Assembly (NCBI RefSeq): GCF_964355755.1
Contig: NC_092673.1
Coordinates: 5,828,001-5,892,000 of the forward strand
Length of the DNA: 64,000 nt
Origin: Antedon mediterranea
Taxonomy: Eukaryota; Animalia; Echinodermata
Direction: 5' to 3'
The notes under the pieces are model-generated. The model was given only the letters and a program-made list of their open reading frames with translations, had not been told where the DNA came from and searched no databases. This document shows, piece by piece, positions 24,311-38,338 of this stretch. The position numbers and the translations under genes are program-made. Every line of letters starts with the position of its first letter. The first letter of the stretch is position 1.

Positions 24311-27300
24311 ACTAGATTTAATACGTCACTATGACGAATTATAGGTTATATGCATTGATTCAAATAAAGATAATTGATTGATTTAAGATATTTTGATTGA
24401 TTGATTTTCTCAGAATCTTTAGTTATTTATAATATATGATAGGATCTTGCTAACGCAAATACAATAGCCGGTATCATAATCCGATCAAAGATCCTTCTGC
24501 GTATATAATGTCATAAACCACAGTTGTGTTTTTAAATAAATTTCATTATAAATCATCTGTATAATCTATACACTAAGAAATACAATTGAACAAACAATAC
24601 GGGTAATAAAAAAAATCTTATTTCGTTTCGTTTCCCAAGGAGAGACTCGAACTCGGTACCTTGAATGCTATAGACACGAGCAAAGACCACCGAGCCATAC
24701 ACAACTGACTAAAAATTATGGAAATATTCCTCCATGTATTTACTATGCAGTAACCACTTTGGTGCAGATAGATTATTACATACCGCAATGAATTTTAATG
24801 TTTTACTACGATGACATCTTTAAAGATTTTTAAAAATGACGCACTGTCAAACTATATACTTTTAACTTTAATATATGAACTTCTTAAGGAAGAAAGTTAA
24901 TGTTAAGTTTGTTATTTCGGCCTAAGAAAATGTTATAATTTGTTTGATTGTCAAAATTAATTTTTGTAAATTTAATATGCCATTAATGATGACTTAATCA
25001 ACTTTTGTTCTCTTAATTTCATAATAAATCATACATATGATACATACACTTCAAGAAAATGAAATAAAAAATTGGTGTTCCCGAGCATTCTAACGATATA
25101 TATTAATTTTAAAATTTAGCATATTTTCACCATTTTGTTAACTCACACGTGCGTAGCCTGTCACTTTTGACGTGCTCGTATAACGCTGTTTGGCGTTGAA
25201 AAGTTATTACAATATGATGATATTGTTAAAGAAAGGTTATACAACAGTAATCGGACAAAAACAGTGCGCAATAACGTTTGACGCGCAGTGCGCGTGCAAA
25301 AATCTGCGCATTTATGGCAATTTTTTAAACGCTTAAAATTGCCTGAAACGTACTCTAATTTCATCGAAAATAAATTCTGAAAATTTTGAACATTTTAAGC
25401 GCGCGTACGCATGCGTTATATGCGCTACGCACGTAATTGTATTGCCATATGATGAAATATGACCTGAAATTTATGAGTACCAAATTTTGTTTAAAAGTGA
25501 TTCATGCTTGTGAAGATATGATTACAAACGTGATTTCGTTAAATCGCGCGTAGACCGCGTAATGTTTGATTGCGCACCGTGAAAACATAACCACATCGAT
25601 TCCTGGCCATAAGGAATATACTCTGAAAAATTGACTTAGTTAGATGAAACTGATATCAAGATAATTGACGGACAAATAGTGCTAAGGAAAGAATAAATAA
25701 ATAAACTAGATTTAATTCGTCACTATGACGAATTATAGGTTATATGCATTGATTTAAATAAAGATAATTGATTGATTTAAGATATTTTGATTAATTGATT
25801 TTCTCAGAATCTTTAGTTATTTATAATATATGATAGGATCTTGCTAACGCAAATACAATAGCCGGTATCATAATCCGATCAAAGATCCTTCTGCGTATAT
25901 AATGTCATAAACCACATTTTGTGTTTTTAAATAAATTTCATTATAAATCATCTGTATAATCTATACACTAAGAAATACAATTGATCAAACAATACGAATA
26001 ATTAAAAAAAATCTTATTTCGTTTCGTTTCCCAAGGTGAGACTCGAACTCGGTACCTTGAATGCTATAGACACGAGCAAAGACCACCGAGCCATAGACAA
26101 CTGACTAAAAATTATGGAAATATTCCTCCGTGTATTTACTATGCAGTAACCACTTTGGTGCAGATAGATTATTACATACCGCAATGAATTATAATGTTTT
26201 ACTATGATGACATCTTTAAAGATTTTTAAAAATGATGCACTGTCAAACTATACTTTTAACTTTAATATATGAACTTCTTAAGGAAGAAAGTTAATGTTAA
26301 GTTTGTTATTTCGGCCTAAGAAAATGTTATAATTTGTTTGATTGTCGAAATTAATTTTTGTAAATTTAATATGCCATTAATGATGACTTAATCAACTTTT
26401 GTTCTCTTAATTTCATAATAAATCATACATATGATACATACACTTCAAGAAAATGAAATAAAAAATCAGTGTTCCCGAGCATTCTAACGATATATATTAA
26501 TTTTAAAATTTAGCATATTTTCACCATTTTGTTAACTTACACGTGCGTAGCCTGTCACTTTTGACGTACTCGTATAACGCTGTTTGGCGTTGAAAAGTTA
26601 ATACAATATGATGATATTGTTAAAGAAAGGTTATACAACAGTAATCGGACAAAAACAGTGCGCAATAACGTTTGACGCGCAGTGCGCGTGCAAAAATCTG
26701 CGCACTTATGGCAATTTTTTAAACGCTTAAAATTGCCTGAAACGTACTCTAATTTCATCGAAAATTAATTCTGACAATTTTGAACATTTTAAGCGCGCGT
26801 ACGCATGCAATATATGTGCTACGCACGTAATTGTATTGCCATATGATGAAATATGACCTGAAATTTATGAGTACCAAATTTTGTTTAAAGTGATTCATGC
26901 TTGTGAAGATATGATTACAAACGTGATTTCGTTAAATCGCGCGTAGACCACGTAATGTTTGATTGCGCACCGTGAAAACATAACCACATCAATTCCTGGC
27001 CATAAGGAATATACTCTGAAAAATTGACTTAGTTAGATGAAACTGATATCAAGATAATTGACGGACAAATAGTGCTAAGGAAAGAATAAATAAACTAGAT
27101 TTAATTCGTCACTATGACGAATTATAGGTTATATGCATTGATTTAAATAAAGATAATTGATTTTTAAAATATATATTGATTGATTGATTTTCTCAGAATC
27201 TTTAATTATTTATAATATATGATAGGACCTTGCTAACGCGAACACCATAGCCGGTATCACAATCCGATCAAAGATCCAAATGCGTATAATGTCATAAACC

Positions 27301-28396
27301 ACATTTGTTGTTACATAATAATAAAGACATAAGTTAATTTTTATCTAGATTTCATTATAAACCATGTGTATAATCTATACACTAAGAAATAAATTTGAAC
27401 AAACAATACAGATAATAAAAAAAAATCTTATTTCGTTTCCCAAGGTGAGACTCGATCTCGGTACCTTGAATGCCATAGACACGAGCACAGACCATCGAGC
27501 AATACACAACTGACTAAAAGTTGTAGAAAAATTCCTCCGTGTATTTACTATGCAGTAACCACTTTGGTGCAAATAGATTATTACATACCGAAATGAATTA
27601 TAATTTTTTACTATGATGACATCTTTAAAATGTAAACAAATGATGCACTGTCAAACTACATACTTTTAACTTTAATATATGAACTTTTGAAGGAAGAAAG
27701 TTAATGTTAAGTTTGTTATTTTGGCCTAAGAAAATGTCATAATTTGTTTGATTGTCGAAATTATTTTTTTAAAATTTAATATGCAATTAATGATGACTTA
27801 ATCAACTTTTGTTCTCTTAATTTGATAATAAATCATACATATGATACATACACTTCAAGAAAATGAAATAAAAAATAGGTGTTCCCCTGCATTCTGACGA
27901 TATATATTAATTTTAAAATTTAGCATATTTTCACCATTTTGTTAACTTATACGTGCGTAGCCAGTCACTTTTGACGTGCTCGTATAACGCAATTTCGAGT
28001 TGAAACCTGAATCAAATATGATATTATTAAAGAAAGATTGTAAAACAGAAATCGGGCAAAAAGAGTGCGCATTAACGTTTGACAATTTTAAACATTTTAA
28101 GCGCGCGTACGCAAGCGTTATATGCGCTATGCACGTAATTGTATTGCCATATGATGAAATATGACCTGAAATTTATGAGTACCAAATTTTGTTTAATTGT
28201 GATTCATGCTTGTGAAGATATGATTACAAACGTGATTTCGTAAAATCGCGCGTAGACCGCGTAATTTTTGATTGCGCATCGTGAAAATATAACCACATCG
28301 ATTCCTGGCCATAAGGAATATACTCTGAAAACTTGACTTAGCTAGATGAAACTGATGCCAAGATAATTCACGGACAAAATAGTGCTAAGGAAAGAA

Positions 28397-28431
<35 letters not shown>

Positions 28432-28618
28432 AGATTTTGACAGAATCAAGAGTTATATGCATATCATGCATATAACCTAATAAATAAATAAAGAAATAAA
28501 TAAAGATTCTGACAGAATCAAGAGGTTATATGCATTAATGCATATAACCTAATAAAGAAATAATTAAAGATTCTGACAAAATCAAGAGGTTATATGCATG
28601 AATGCATATAACCTAATA
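24311..28618 (-). mobile_element. Array of three Helentron/HINE-type non-autonomous rolling-circle elements (~1.39-kb bodies at 24311, 25705, 27094) followed by three stacked 5' termini
   Basis: Each body starts actag-atttaa-ttcgtca(cta)tgacgaa-tta-taggttatatgcat, which on the minus strand is subTIR, hairpin, CTAG. Each ends in (AAAT)n. Three copies of agatt.tgacagaatcaagaggttatatgcat..atgcatataacctaat lie at ~28432, ~28504 and ~28568. Confidence 0.85.
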
Positions 28619-29375
28619 AGAAGTTAACACTAGTATAATAATATGAAAAGTCTGATGATTTAACATCCTGGGTTTTGTTTATATAATCTTGAGAAGCAGG
28701 GAAGAGTGAAATTACATTTCATATTTTACAATATATAGAAGATAGCGAGCAACACGAAAACAATTATTGCAGTATGTGATAAAAGCAACATTTTATAGAA
28801 AAATAGAATATATATAGAAAATCTAATAATTATAGTTTATTAATATAAATTATCACAACGAAATTATTTGCAAGTATTGATAATTAAGATGGCAACAGGA
28901 ACCCTGTAGATTACAATTAATTCTTGAAGAATCTGTCACTGATAAGTGAAGAAAAATACTGTTAATTATAATAATATGACATTATAATAATATGACTTTA
29001 AATCATGCATGTAAAGATTAAATTATAGAGAAAATAGTGTTAATTAACTTTTTTAGTGACTATGGATACTATGGACAATCAGCTCAGATAGATATAGGGC
29101 AAGAAATATTAAAATTCATTTGTGCAAAAAACATTTAAGTTTATACTATATCATCAGTGAACAATTTCACAAATGCAATTAGTATGAATTAGTTTGTTCA
29201 CATTTAAAACATATAATATTTACTGGGTTGCTGTTTACCTACAAAATAAACAATTTATTGCTGCTGTATTGTATATCTTGAATTTTGTTTTAATTCAATT
29301 CAGAGATTTAAAAATCACAAGCAGAGATTATAGTACATTATTATTATTGCACAAAGAGTAAAAAAATATAATAAA

Positions 29376-29960
29376 ACTAGAGGATACTCCGAGAGTACAA
29401 ACCTCCGCCTTCCCCTACATAAAATTCCCCCTGAATATTTTTTTTTTACATTTTTTTTTATTAGTTCTAAGTGTAAATATGTTAACTGCACACTACAAAG
29501 TTGTGGATGACAGTGTGGTGTAATGGTTATGTATCCAGCCCTCACAGTTGAGATCGCTGGTTCAAGTCCCACTGAGGTTTTTTTTTTTTTATTAGTTCTT
29601 TCCTTATTTCTTTTTTTTTAGCTTTTTGTGGACCTTGATCTTTGACCCTGACCCTTCCAAAATTTAACCACAATTATATGATGTGTCATTGATCATTGTG
29701 GCTAAGTTTGGTGAGAATCGGATAAAAACTGTGGTCTCTAGGCAGTAAAATAGTTTTTTGTTAGTTGTGACCTTGACCTATGACCTTTTCCCCTCAAATT
29801 CGAACTCGTCCGAGCTTTTGGGGCATACCTAGATCATTGTTGCCAAATTTGGTGAGAATCGGATAAAAACTGTGGCCTCCAGGCTGTTCACAGACACACA
29901 CACGCACACAAACACACAAACATACAGGGGTGAAAATATAACCTCCTTGGCGGAGGTAAT
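29376..29960 (-). mobile_element. Helentron/HINE-type non-autonomous element with (CA)-rich microsatellite
   Basis: One end has actag, a small hairpin and acctccgcc. The other end is acctccttggcggaggtaat. tgaccttga core repeats are present, ggtgagaatcggataaaaactgtgg occurs twice, and there is a cacacaca tract. Confidence 0.75.
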
Positions 29961-30027
29961 AAAAGTCACAAAAACCTAAATGATAATAATATAGATACAA
30001 TTCTCATGCTATCATGTTGTTACAAGT

Positions 30028-30215
30028 CTTATTACAACCACTAATGTAGAAAAAGCCAGCTATGTTGAAACAACCGTTAATGTAGAACAATCCACCGCTA
30101 ATGTAGTAAAACCTCCAGCTTATGTAGAAAGAGATATTATATAACGGATGGATGGTTCTACATTAACGGTTGTTTCAACATAGCTGGCTTTTTCTACATT
30201 AGCGGTTGTAACAAG
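30028..30215. mobile_element. Small MITE-like inverted repeat
   Basis: Arms of ~55-60 bp: ttacaacc.ctaatgtagaaaaagccagctatgttgaaacaaccgttaatgtagaac and its reverse complement. Confidence 0.8.
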
Positions 30216-30346
30216 GTTTCCTAAACCAATGACTACACAGCACAATGTAACAAAGAGGGCCTCTAAAATTAGATGTTATCACTAAAAATAGAACAGAGTT
30301 AGAATCTAGTTTGAAGTTAAGCAGGACAGCAATTGAAATGTGTTGT

Positions 30347-31674
30347 AATCTATATATAAATTATGGTTAATTCTGACATAGGCGAGCACAATGCAAAAAC
30401 TTCGGTACAAATCTCCGCCTTGGATACCTACCTTATCTATTCGAGATGTACCGCGAAACGTAGATTTGATAACATTAGTGTGCAGGCCGACGCTATTGTT
30501 CCATATTTATATCTTAGGAAGATATTATAAAGAGTTTTTTAACAACATTTATGATTTCAACATTAGATTTTCCTCTCAATTTCAATTCTTCCCGGTCAAA
30601 GTAATTTCCGGGTTTAAGATAAGTTCACCTTGTAAATATTTTCTCTCTTTTAAACACAAGGGAGCAGTTAAAATAATAGATTTGACCCTAAAGGTGACTG
30701 GAAACAGGCACTTTCCATCAATCAATACAGTGTCCCTTTGAAAGACGAAAAAAAAAATCAGATAGTAGGAGTGGTTGGCCATTAGTCATAGCCATTTCAG
30801 TTTTTTGTTTATTTTAAAACATACCACGCGTGTGTGAAGGTACAGTAGTTAAATTATACTGCAAATTAATAAAGATCAAATTAAATATACGTCATAAAGA
30901 ATCAGAATATATTGTGGGGATAGTATTATAAAATTACATAGGGAGATTTGATGATAAGACATTTTTCGAGTGAAATCCCGATAGCTGAGTTTTATTGAGT
31001 AAGCTTGCAGGAATAACTGTAGGATATCTTCCTGTGCCCCGTTAGGACCGAGATGTCTGCCCATGTTGCAAGCCGTAATGTCTTCTTTCTTGGGCCCACT
31101 CTGTTACGGCAGTTTCAAGAGATGATTTAATTAAATAATGTATTAATAATTATTAGGATGGTATTCATTTGAATAAACGCCTCTCCAATAAAACATAATA
31201 AAATAAAAATAAACAAAAAACTGAAATGGCTATGACTAATGGCCAACCACTCCTACTATCTGATTTTTTTTTTCGTCTTCCAAAGGGACACTGTATTGAT
31301 TGATGGAAAGTGCCTGTTTCCAGTCACCTTTAGGGTCAAATCTATTATTTTAACTGCTCCCTTGTGTTTAAAAGAGAGAAAATATTTACAAGGTGAACTT
31401 ATCTTAAACCCGGAAATTACTTTGACCGGGAAGAATTGAAATTGAGAGGAAAATCTAATGTTGAAATCATAAATGTTGTTAAAAAACTCTTTATAATATC
31501 TTCCTAAGATATAAATATGGAACAATAGCGTCGGCCTGCACACTAATGTTATCAAATCTACGTTTCGCGGTACATCTCGAATAGATAAGGTAGGTATCCA
31601 AGGCGGAGATTTGTACCGAAGTTTTTGCATTGTGCTCGCCTATGTCAGAATTAACCATAATTTATATATAGATT
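30347..31674. repeat. Fold-back structure: ~469-bp inverted arms (30347-30815, 31206-31674) around a ~390-bp spacer
   Basis: Mirror ORFs 30391+/31630- and 30582-/31239+ translate identically. I saw one substitution (TGA vs TGG). Confidence 0.96.
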
Positions 31675-31675
31675 C

Positions 31676-34160
31676 AGCCTTATACACACGATCGTCAGCA
31701 TTTTTCAATAGACCAATCAATACCATGTCATGTGCGTATTTGATTATATGACACATGCTACATGAAGATCGACATTCACTAGTATATATTGTAAATAAAC
31801 TTGGTGACAGACAACACCCCTGGGGTGCACCAGTGTTGATCCTTCTAATCTCTGAGATAGATTTACCAACTTTAACATACTGTAGAGCCGATTTGTAAGA
31901 AAATCATAACCCATAGAGCAAGGTAAGGATTAACCTTCCATTCAGACATTTTATTCATTAAAATATGAGGCTGCATCAAATTAAATGCAGATGAAAAGTC
32001 TATGAATAGCCCTCGAGCATAGGTCCCCTTCTTATCTAAATGTGAAACCACCAGGTCTAACAAGGTTATAATAGCATCTTTGACCCCTCTATACATTGAT
32101 ATGCAAATTGGTTATTATCCATAAAATCACTACATTCAGACATTAGTTGACTTCTAACAATTTTCTCAAGGATCTTTATTAGAATAGATGTTAATGCCAC
32201 TGGTCTGAAGTCGTTAATGATTTTAGGGTTACACATTTTCGGAACAGGTATAATCTCAGAGACCTTCCATAGATCAGGTACCACCCCCGTGTTCAGTGAA
32301 CACTGGAAAAGCTGGCTTATTATTGGTGAAAGCTGAGAGGCACATGATCTAATCAAACGCCCTGATATACCGTCCGGACCCTTTGCTTTACTAACATTTA
32401 CCCTTTCCATATATTTCTTAACATCATCTACATCAATTTTTATTGCACTTTTATCATTCATTTCATTTTTAAACCCTTCAGCAGATGCAGTCATTTCACA
32501 TTTAAAATTTATTTCATCAAATCTAGAATAAAAAATATTAAAATCATTTGGTTTAAAACTGTGTTCCATTTCATTATTTTTCTTCCCCATACCTGTAATT
32601 TTCCTAACTCCATTCCAGGCCTGACGGGTGTCCCGGCACTTGAATTTGTTCTCAATTTTTTCTCCATATTCTTTTTTACATGCTTTGATTTTCTTATTTA
32701 CACATTTTTGAATCTTTTTCTTTTCCATCTCGTTGCATTTGTTTTTGGATGCAATATATTTCTTAAGTAATTCCTTTCTTACATCTTTTGTGAGCCAAGG
32801 CTTATTATTATTAAATATTCTAATTTTCTTTTTGGGTAAGATCAGATTTTGACAGAATTTTATGTATTCAACAATTGCTACTGTAGCCTCATTCAAAGTT
32901 TCCGAAGAGTCCATAAACGTGGCTTCATAACACCCTTTTAACTCATTAACCTTATCCTCAGACCACACTAATCTTTCTATAACAATAGGTTTCTGCTGTT
33001 TAAGTTTCTGTTTATATTTCGGAATAAGATTAATACAATTATGATCAGAATTTCCTATACCTGGTAATTTATAAGCCTTAGGCTTCACTAATATTCCCAA
33101 AACACTTATCTAATACATTTTCTTTTCTAGTAGCACATTTAACATACTGTCTATACTCAGGTAGGAACTTCTTGATCTTGCAGCCCTTGTTAAAATCGCC
33201 CATCACAAAGTTTGGTGCATCTGGTGCAATCTTCTCCATCCTGCGAATAACCTCAGAGACTTTCTCTGCCGCGATCATGTCGTTAGCATTTGGGTGGATA
33301 TACGCACAAGTAATATATATTCTGTTAAATTCTCTCGGAAGATAATACGGTCTCAACGAAAGTGTCAACAATTCAATGTCAACAGAACAATATTGTTCCT
33401 TTACCGAAACATTTCTGCACCATTTATTATTCACGTAGATACATACACCCCCCGCCTTTAGCTTTACCGGTGACATCCCTGCTCCTATCCATACGAAATA
33501 AGGAAAACCCATCAATACTTAACAATTCATCCGGATCAGTATTGCAAAACCATGTTTCTGATATGCATATCACACACACATTTCGGTATTCATTTTGATA
33601 TTTACAACACGCTTGTAATTCATCCATTTTGTTTCTTAACGATCTAGCATTACCAAAAATTATCGTGGGAAATGCCGGTTTAAATCTACTATAGTTATTG
33701 TAATTCCTTCTTCTTACCCGTGCCTTAATACCTCCTCTGCATCCTCTCTTCCTTTTGCGTATATAGTGAATAGGAATCGCTTTAAGATCAATTGGCTTTA
33801 GAGTTACATCTGGTTGTAGGCGAATTAATTCCTCTCGAGTGAAAGTCCTACGAGGGCCTGGCCCGCCTAGGCCTGACATTCCATCTTGATTGTTGATTGT
33901 TGTGTTAACATTCCACACATCGCCTGCACTGCATGCAGGTTGTTGCGATATGGCGTCACGGTTCATGTTTGGGGCCTGGGATTGTATGTCCAGTATAACA
34001 GTTAAAAATATAACAAAACACGACAAAAACACAACACCCTTCACACAATAAACTCCACGGATACCACAAAAACCACAAGGCATAGATAAAAATCCCAAAT
34101 CCACTGTACAAACACAGAAAATAGATTTAAAATTGAAGACGTTCTGTCGAGGTCTGACCG
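31676..34160 (-). mobile_element. Rex1/Babar-type LINE (APE endonuclease + RT), frameshifted and 3'-truncated
   Basis: RKRKRGCRGG, GNARSLRNKMDEL, CISETW, GGVCIYVN..WC, LRPYYLPREF, GDFN, SDH, KAKGPDGI, NDFRPVALTS, FIDFSSAFN, GAPQGCCLSP, and KYAHD (mutated YADD). Confidence 0.93.
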
Positions 34161-34312
34161 CCAAGTCCGGCGCAGATATATTCTGTTAGCATAGATACTG
34201 CAACATGCAGTTGACTAGACTTCATGTATTCATCGCTGGTTTTCATTGGAGTTGCTGATGGTCTTAGGTTGAACATGAGTGAGTGATGAGATAGCTATGG
34301 TTATTGAATTGT

Positions 34313-35103
34313 TCAGTGTGTAGATGAGTGAACAAAGATTAGATGCACACAATCATACGCAGAGCAGGAATTCCTGTTGTTGATACCAATATGTAAAATT
34401 ACACAGGTTGGTTGAATTTCTGAAATCATGTCAGGTACAAATTTGAGCCATATTTTGACATTGCTGCCAGCAATACAGGCGTTTACAACCTCCATACGAC
34501 TAGACATCCGCTTCCCATCTAAATGCTTAGGAATAGAGTCTCCGATAATTAAAATTTTACCTTTCTGAAGTCTTCTGTGATGTGGTTTAAATGATTGATT
34601 ATGAGAACGATGTTCTGTCTTTGTAGGTGTCCTGTCAAATGGATGAGAAGCATAGTCAGATTCATCATAGACTGTTGTTGTTCCATTTGTTTCTTCTGAC
34701 TTATTACTACAATCAGCTGTTCCATCCAAAGAAATGGATCAAATTGGTTCTGTGTAACTATCATTGGAATGTGGATCGATTGTTCAATTATTTCTTTGTG
34801 TGATTTCTGTTCTTCATCTTTTTGCTTATGGTCAATTTTGTCTTGGTTGATTTGCTGTGCATCATTCTCTTCACTTCGGGCGCATTCCTGTTTTCTATCA
34901 ATCAGTTGATTTAATAAGACTACATTATGTTCACTGACTTCTTTGAAGGCTGCTGATAATTGGGCAAAATTATTCCTTAATTCAACAAGTTCATTTAGAA
35001 GTTCCGCCGACGATTTGGTTTCATTTTCTGTCTGGGTATGTTGTTCAGTACTGTCAATATACCATGGAGAAACATCTTGCTCTAAGAAATAGGTGGATGA
35101 CAT
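34313..35103 (-). mobile_element. CR1/L2-type ORF1 remnant: coiled coil plus SGNH/GDSL esterase-like domain
   Basis: Heptad-like LLNELVELRNNFAQLSAAF, then after a frameshift ILIIGDSI and VILHIGINN (GDS and GxND-like blocks). Confidence 0.75.
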
Positions 35104-35939
35104 AATTTTACTGTCAGTAAATCCATAGAAACTGGAGATATCATCGGGTTATGACCGGTTGGGCCGCCGACAAGTTGGGCCGCCGGTGATTTCTATGAAA
35201 CGCCCAGTGCATGCGTCTTTTACGACATTTCGCGTAGTGATTAGGGTGGTGTCCTAGTCTAGCAGAACCTAGTACATAAGTTCATGGTCTTGGTTTATTG
35301 TGTCATAAAAATAAACAATATATAATTACATATTACAATTAACACAGCAAAGGAAAGTAGTAATATTTAATAATTTAATTGTTTTTAATCTTTCGAGGAA
35401 AAAATTCAGTGCACTCATAATTTTTGTAGGCCTACCACGTAAAGTCACGTTGTCTCTCAGGACTAGAGTATTAACATTCTTCGAATGAGGTTAAATAAAT
35501 ATTATTTTTTATTTACTAATCTTTTAATATCATATTTGATTGAATTTCACAATGTTAATACACAAAATATTTTACTAAAAAACGTGATTTTATGTAATTA
35601 TTTTACCGAAAAATTTAGTAGGCCTAGTTCATACAACTACCGACTGAGGGGCAACATGTTTACGTTATTTTTTTCCACGATGGCTATTGTGAAAAGGTGC
35701 TTGGTTGGACTAGGAAAAGTTCAGAATAAAGTGTATAATTCTGGAAAACTGTGCCCAAAATCAGTAAAAATCCTATGTTCCAATGACTTACTGTACCACA
35801 GAGAAATCCTTTTGAGTGGTTTAAAGTTGATATACTAAATAATACTTGTTAAAATCAAACTTGTTAAAATCAAACATAAATGAGCACTCACTCACTCAGA
35901 AGCTCAGAGTCAGTTGAATTAAAAAAAAATAAAAAATAA

Positions 35940-36298
35940 ATGTCTATTTATTTGTTCCTGTAAATGAACTTTGTCATGTGATACATTTGAAATAGCCATT
36001 TTTTTAACTCTGAAAATGACTTATGTATTCTAGAACCATCTGTGGGCACGACCTAGATGGTACGCGAGCATACAGTACCGTCTAGTTAATATAATTATCT
36101 TTGTTAGTTATTTTTGGCCAAATTATACTAAACAAAATTATTATAAACTAAATGGTACGCTCGCTTCGCTCGCGTACCATCTAGGTCGTGCCCACAGATG
36201 GTTCTCGAATACATAATAATTTCAGTGTTAAAAAACTGACGATTTCAAATGTACGTACAATAATACATGTCGTTTACACAGGAACGAATACATAGACA
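35940..36298. repeat. Long imperfect palindrome at the end of the 8.3-kb/36-kb/43-kb repeat family
   Basis: tatgtattc.agaaccatctgtgggcacgacctagatggtacgcgagc is mirrored by gctcgcgtaccatctaggtcgtgcccacagatggttctcgaatacata. It contains cgctcgcttcgctcgc. Confidence 0.85.
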
Positions 36299-37826
36299 CT
36301 GATTTATGTACTCAACAAAAATTAGCACCCTGGGAATTACTTCCGAAAGAGAAACTTGTCAAAAAATGAGACCAATTGTTTAAGTCAAATTTAAACAAAC
36401 TTAATTTGTGTTTTGAAATAATAATGTAACATTAGGGTTGAGGGATGGGGAAGAGGATGGGTGCAAAGAGGAACAATTTTTAAATATATTCTTTATCCAT
36501 TTAGTAACAAAATATTAATTGTTTTCATGTTTTAAAAATAATATACCACTAAACACAGTAAAACATTGCGATGTAATACTTTGTTGAAACTATCAGTATC
36601 ACTGTCCTAGTAGATTGAAATAGCAGTACATGTAACGATACATCACTACGACGTGTATGTTTATATAATGTAAAACAATTTGTGAAAACCACCTCTACTC
36701 GGGGAAAATCATAAAGTCGATTTAATTGTCAATAAATATTAAATTATCTAACTCAACTGAATTAGTAGGCCTAATGGTTTTCAATTGTTTAGCCAAGTCA
36801 TACTTAAGTTGGTTCCTACCCTACCCACCAAAGTTGTTTTGCGTTTATGATGCACCGTAGGCATATCAAGCTCTACAATACGGGGCGCCGTTTGGGACAT
36901 TGCTAATTTTGTCAAAATATTACAATTTTGTCTACACATAATTAATTTTGTCAATACAAAATTCATTTTGTCAACACAAAATTCATTTTGTATTGACAAA
37001 ATTCATTTTGTGTTGACAAAATGTATTCTGTGTGGACAAAATTCATTTTGTCTCGACAAAATTAATTCTGTGTAAACAAAAGTCATTCTGTGTGGACAAA
37101 ATTAATTCTGTGTTGACAAAATTAATTTTGTGTAGACAAAATTCATTCTGTAACAACAAAAATCATTTTGTGGCGACAAAATTCATTCTGTAACGAAAAT
37201 TCTGTGTAGACAAAATTCATTTTGTGGCGACAAAATGTATTCTGTGTAGACAAAATTTATTCTGTGTAGACAAAATTTATTCTGTGTAGACAAAATTTAT
37301 TCTGTGTAGACAAAATTCATTCTGTGTAGAAAAAATTCATTTTGTCGCGACAAAATGAATTTTGTTAGCCTAGCCTACTCAAGCGTGGGACAAAACGTTT
37401 TTTAAAACATTTTGTCCCACGCTTGAGTAGGCTCGGTTTTAACATTTAAATTAGAAGGCGGAGTTTAAACGTGAAAAGGGCAAGACAGGGTGAAGCTATA
37501 AATGATGACAGCGCGCGAATCTTTGACATTTGTTATTGGTTCAGTTTATTATGGCTGAGCATGCCTCCGTCTCTATTGCTATCATATTAATCTATTTTAT
37601 AATATCAGGGACCCCTGAAAATATCAGATATGATCAGTATTCATACTTTGACAATTTAATATCTACGTCGTCAGTAATAATTATTATTATAATGTATTCT
37701 ATATTAAAAAATCGGAAAATGGTTTTTATAGAGCCCTGTAAAATTGTAGTAATGGGGCTATTTAAAATTTTGTCGTTTAAAATATTATTTATTATTCTTA
37801 TAAAATGTATATACTTTATTTTAAAA

Positions 37827-38177
37827 TTAAAGATGTATTGTCTCCCAAAATCATGAAAAATAAAGATTTTTAAAATCGGACTTTGAACAGGCCATTATGC
37901 AGTTTTAATGAAGTTGTTCACTTCCATAAGAAAAAAGAACGGGGAAAAATTATTTCACCTATAAAAAGACAAAACAAACAGTTAAATTACCCAAAAACTC
38001 ATTGGCTTCCAGACAATTTGACCATTTTTTGCTTTAAATTACATTTTTTTCAGGTAAATAATTTTTTTTTCAGACCTAATTTTTTGTGAAAGTGAATAAC
38101 TATTATGTGACATTAAAATAACATATTCAACAAAAAGATTAAAAAAAACATTTTTTCAGGGGACAATATATCTTTAA
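37827..38177. mobile_element. Kolobok-like TTAA MITE, family B (nested)
   Basis: ttaaAGATGTATTGTCTCC ... GGGGACAATATATCTttaa. Confidence 0.8.
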
Positions 38178-38338
38178 GATAATAATAGTCATTGCAGAAA
38201 TAATGATGCTGAAAGCTGTCCGTTATTTGAAAAAAAAAACATTTAAAGAACTGACTACAAAAGATTGCTCACGTTGGTTTTATATAACAGTCATCCACCC
38301 TGCGAAACCTAATAACCTTTAACCTACAGTAGTAAGTA

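Noticed and set aside
25161-26758. Repeated 67-aa minus ORFs
   Set aside because: They are chance ORFs in the HINE body and are disrupted in the third unit.
30391-31630. Pairs of identical ORFs on opposite strands as genes
   Set aside because: They are a by-product of the inverted repeat and show no protein motifs.
36940-37360. 20-bp tandem array as a CRISPR array
   Set aside because: The repeats are contiguous with no unique spacers, are mirrored at 39760-40060 inside TIRs, have no cas genes nearby, and sit in a eukaryotic context.
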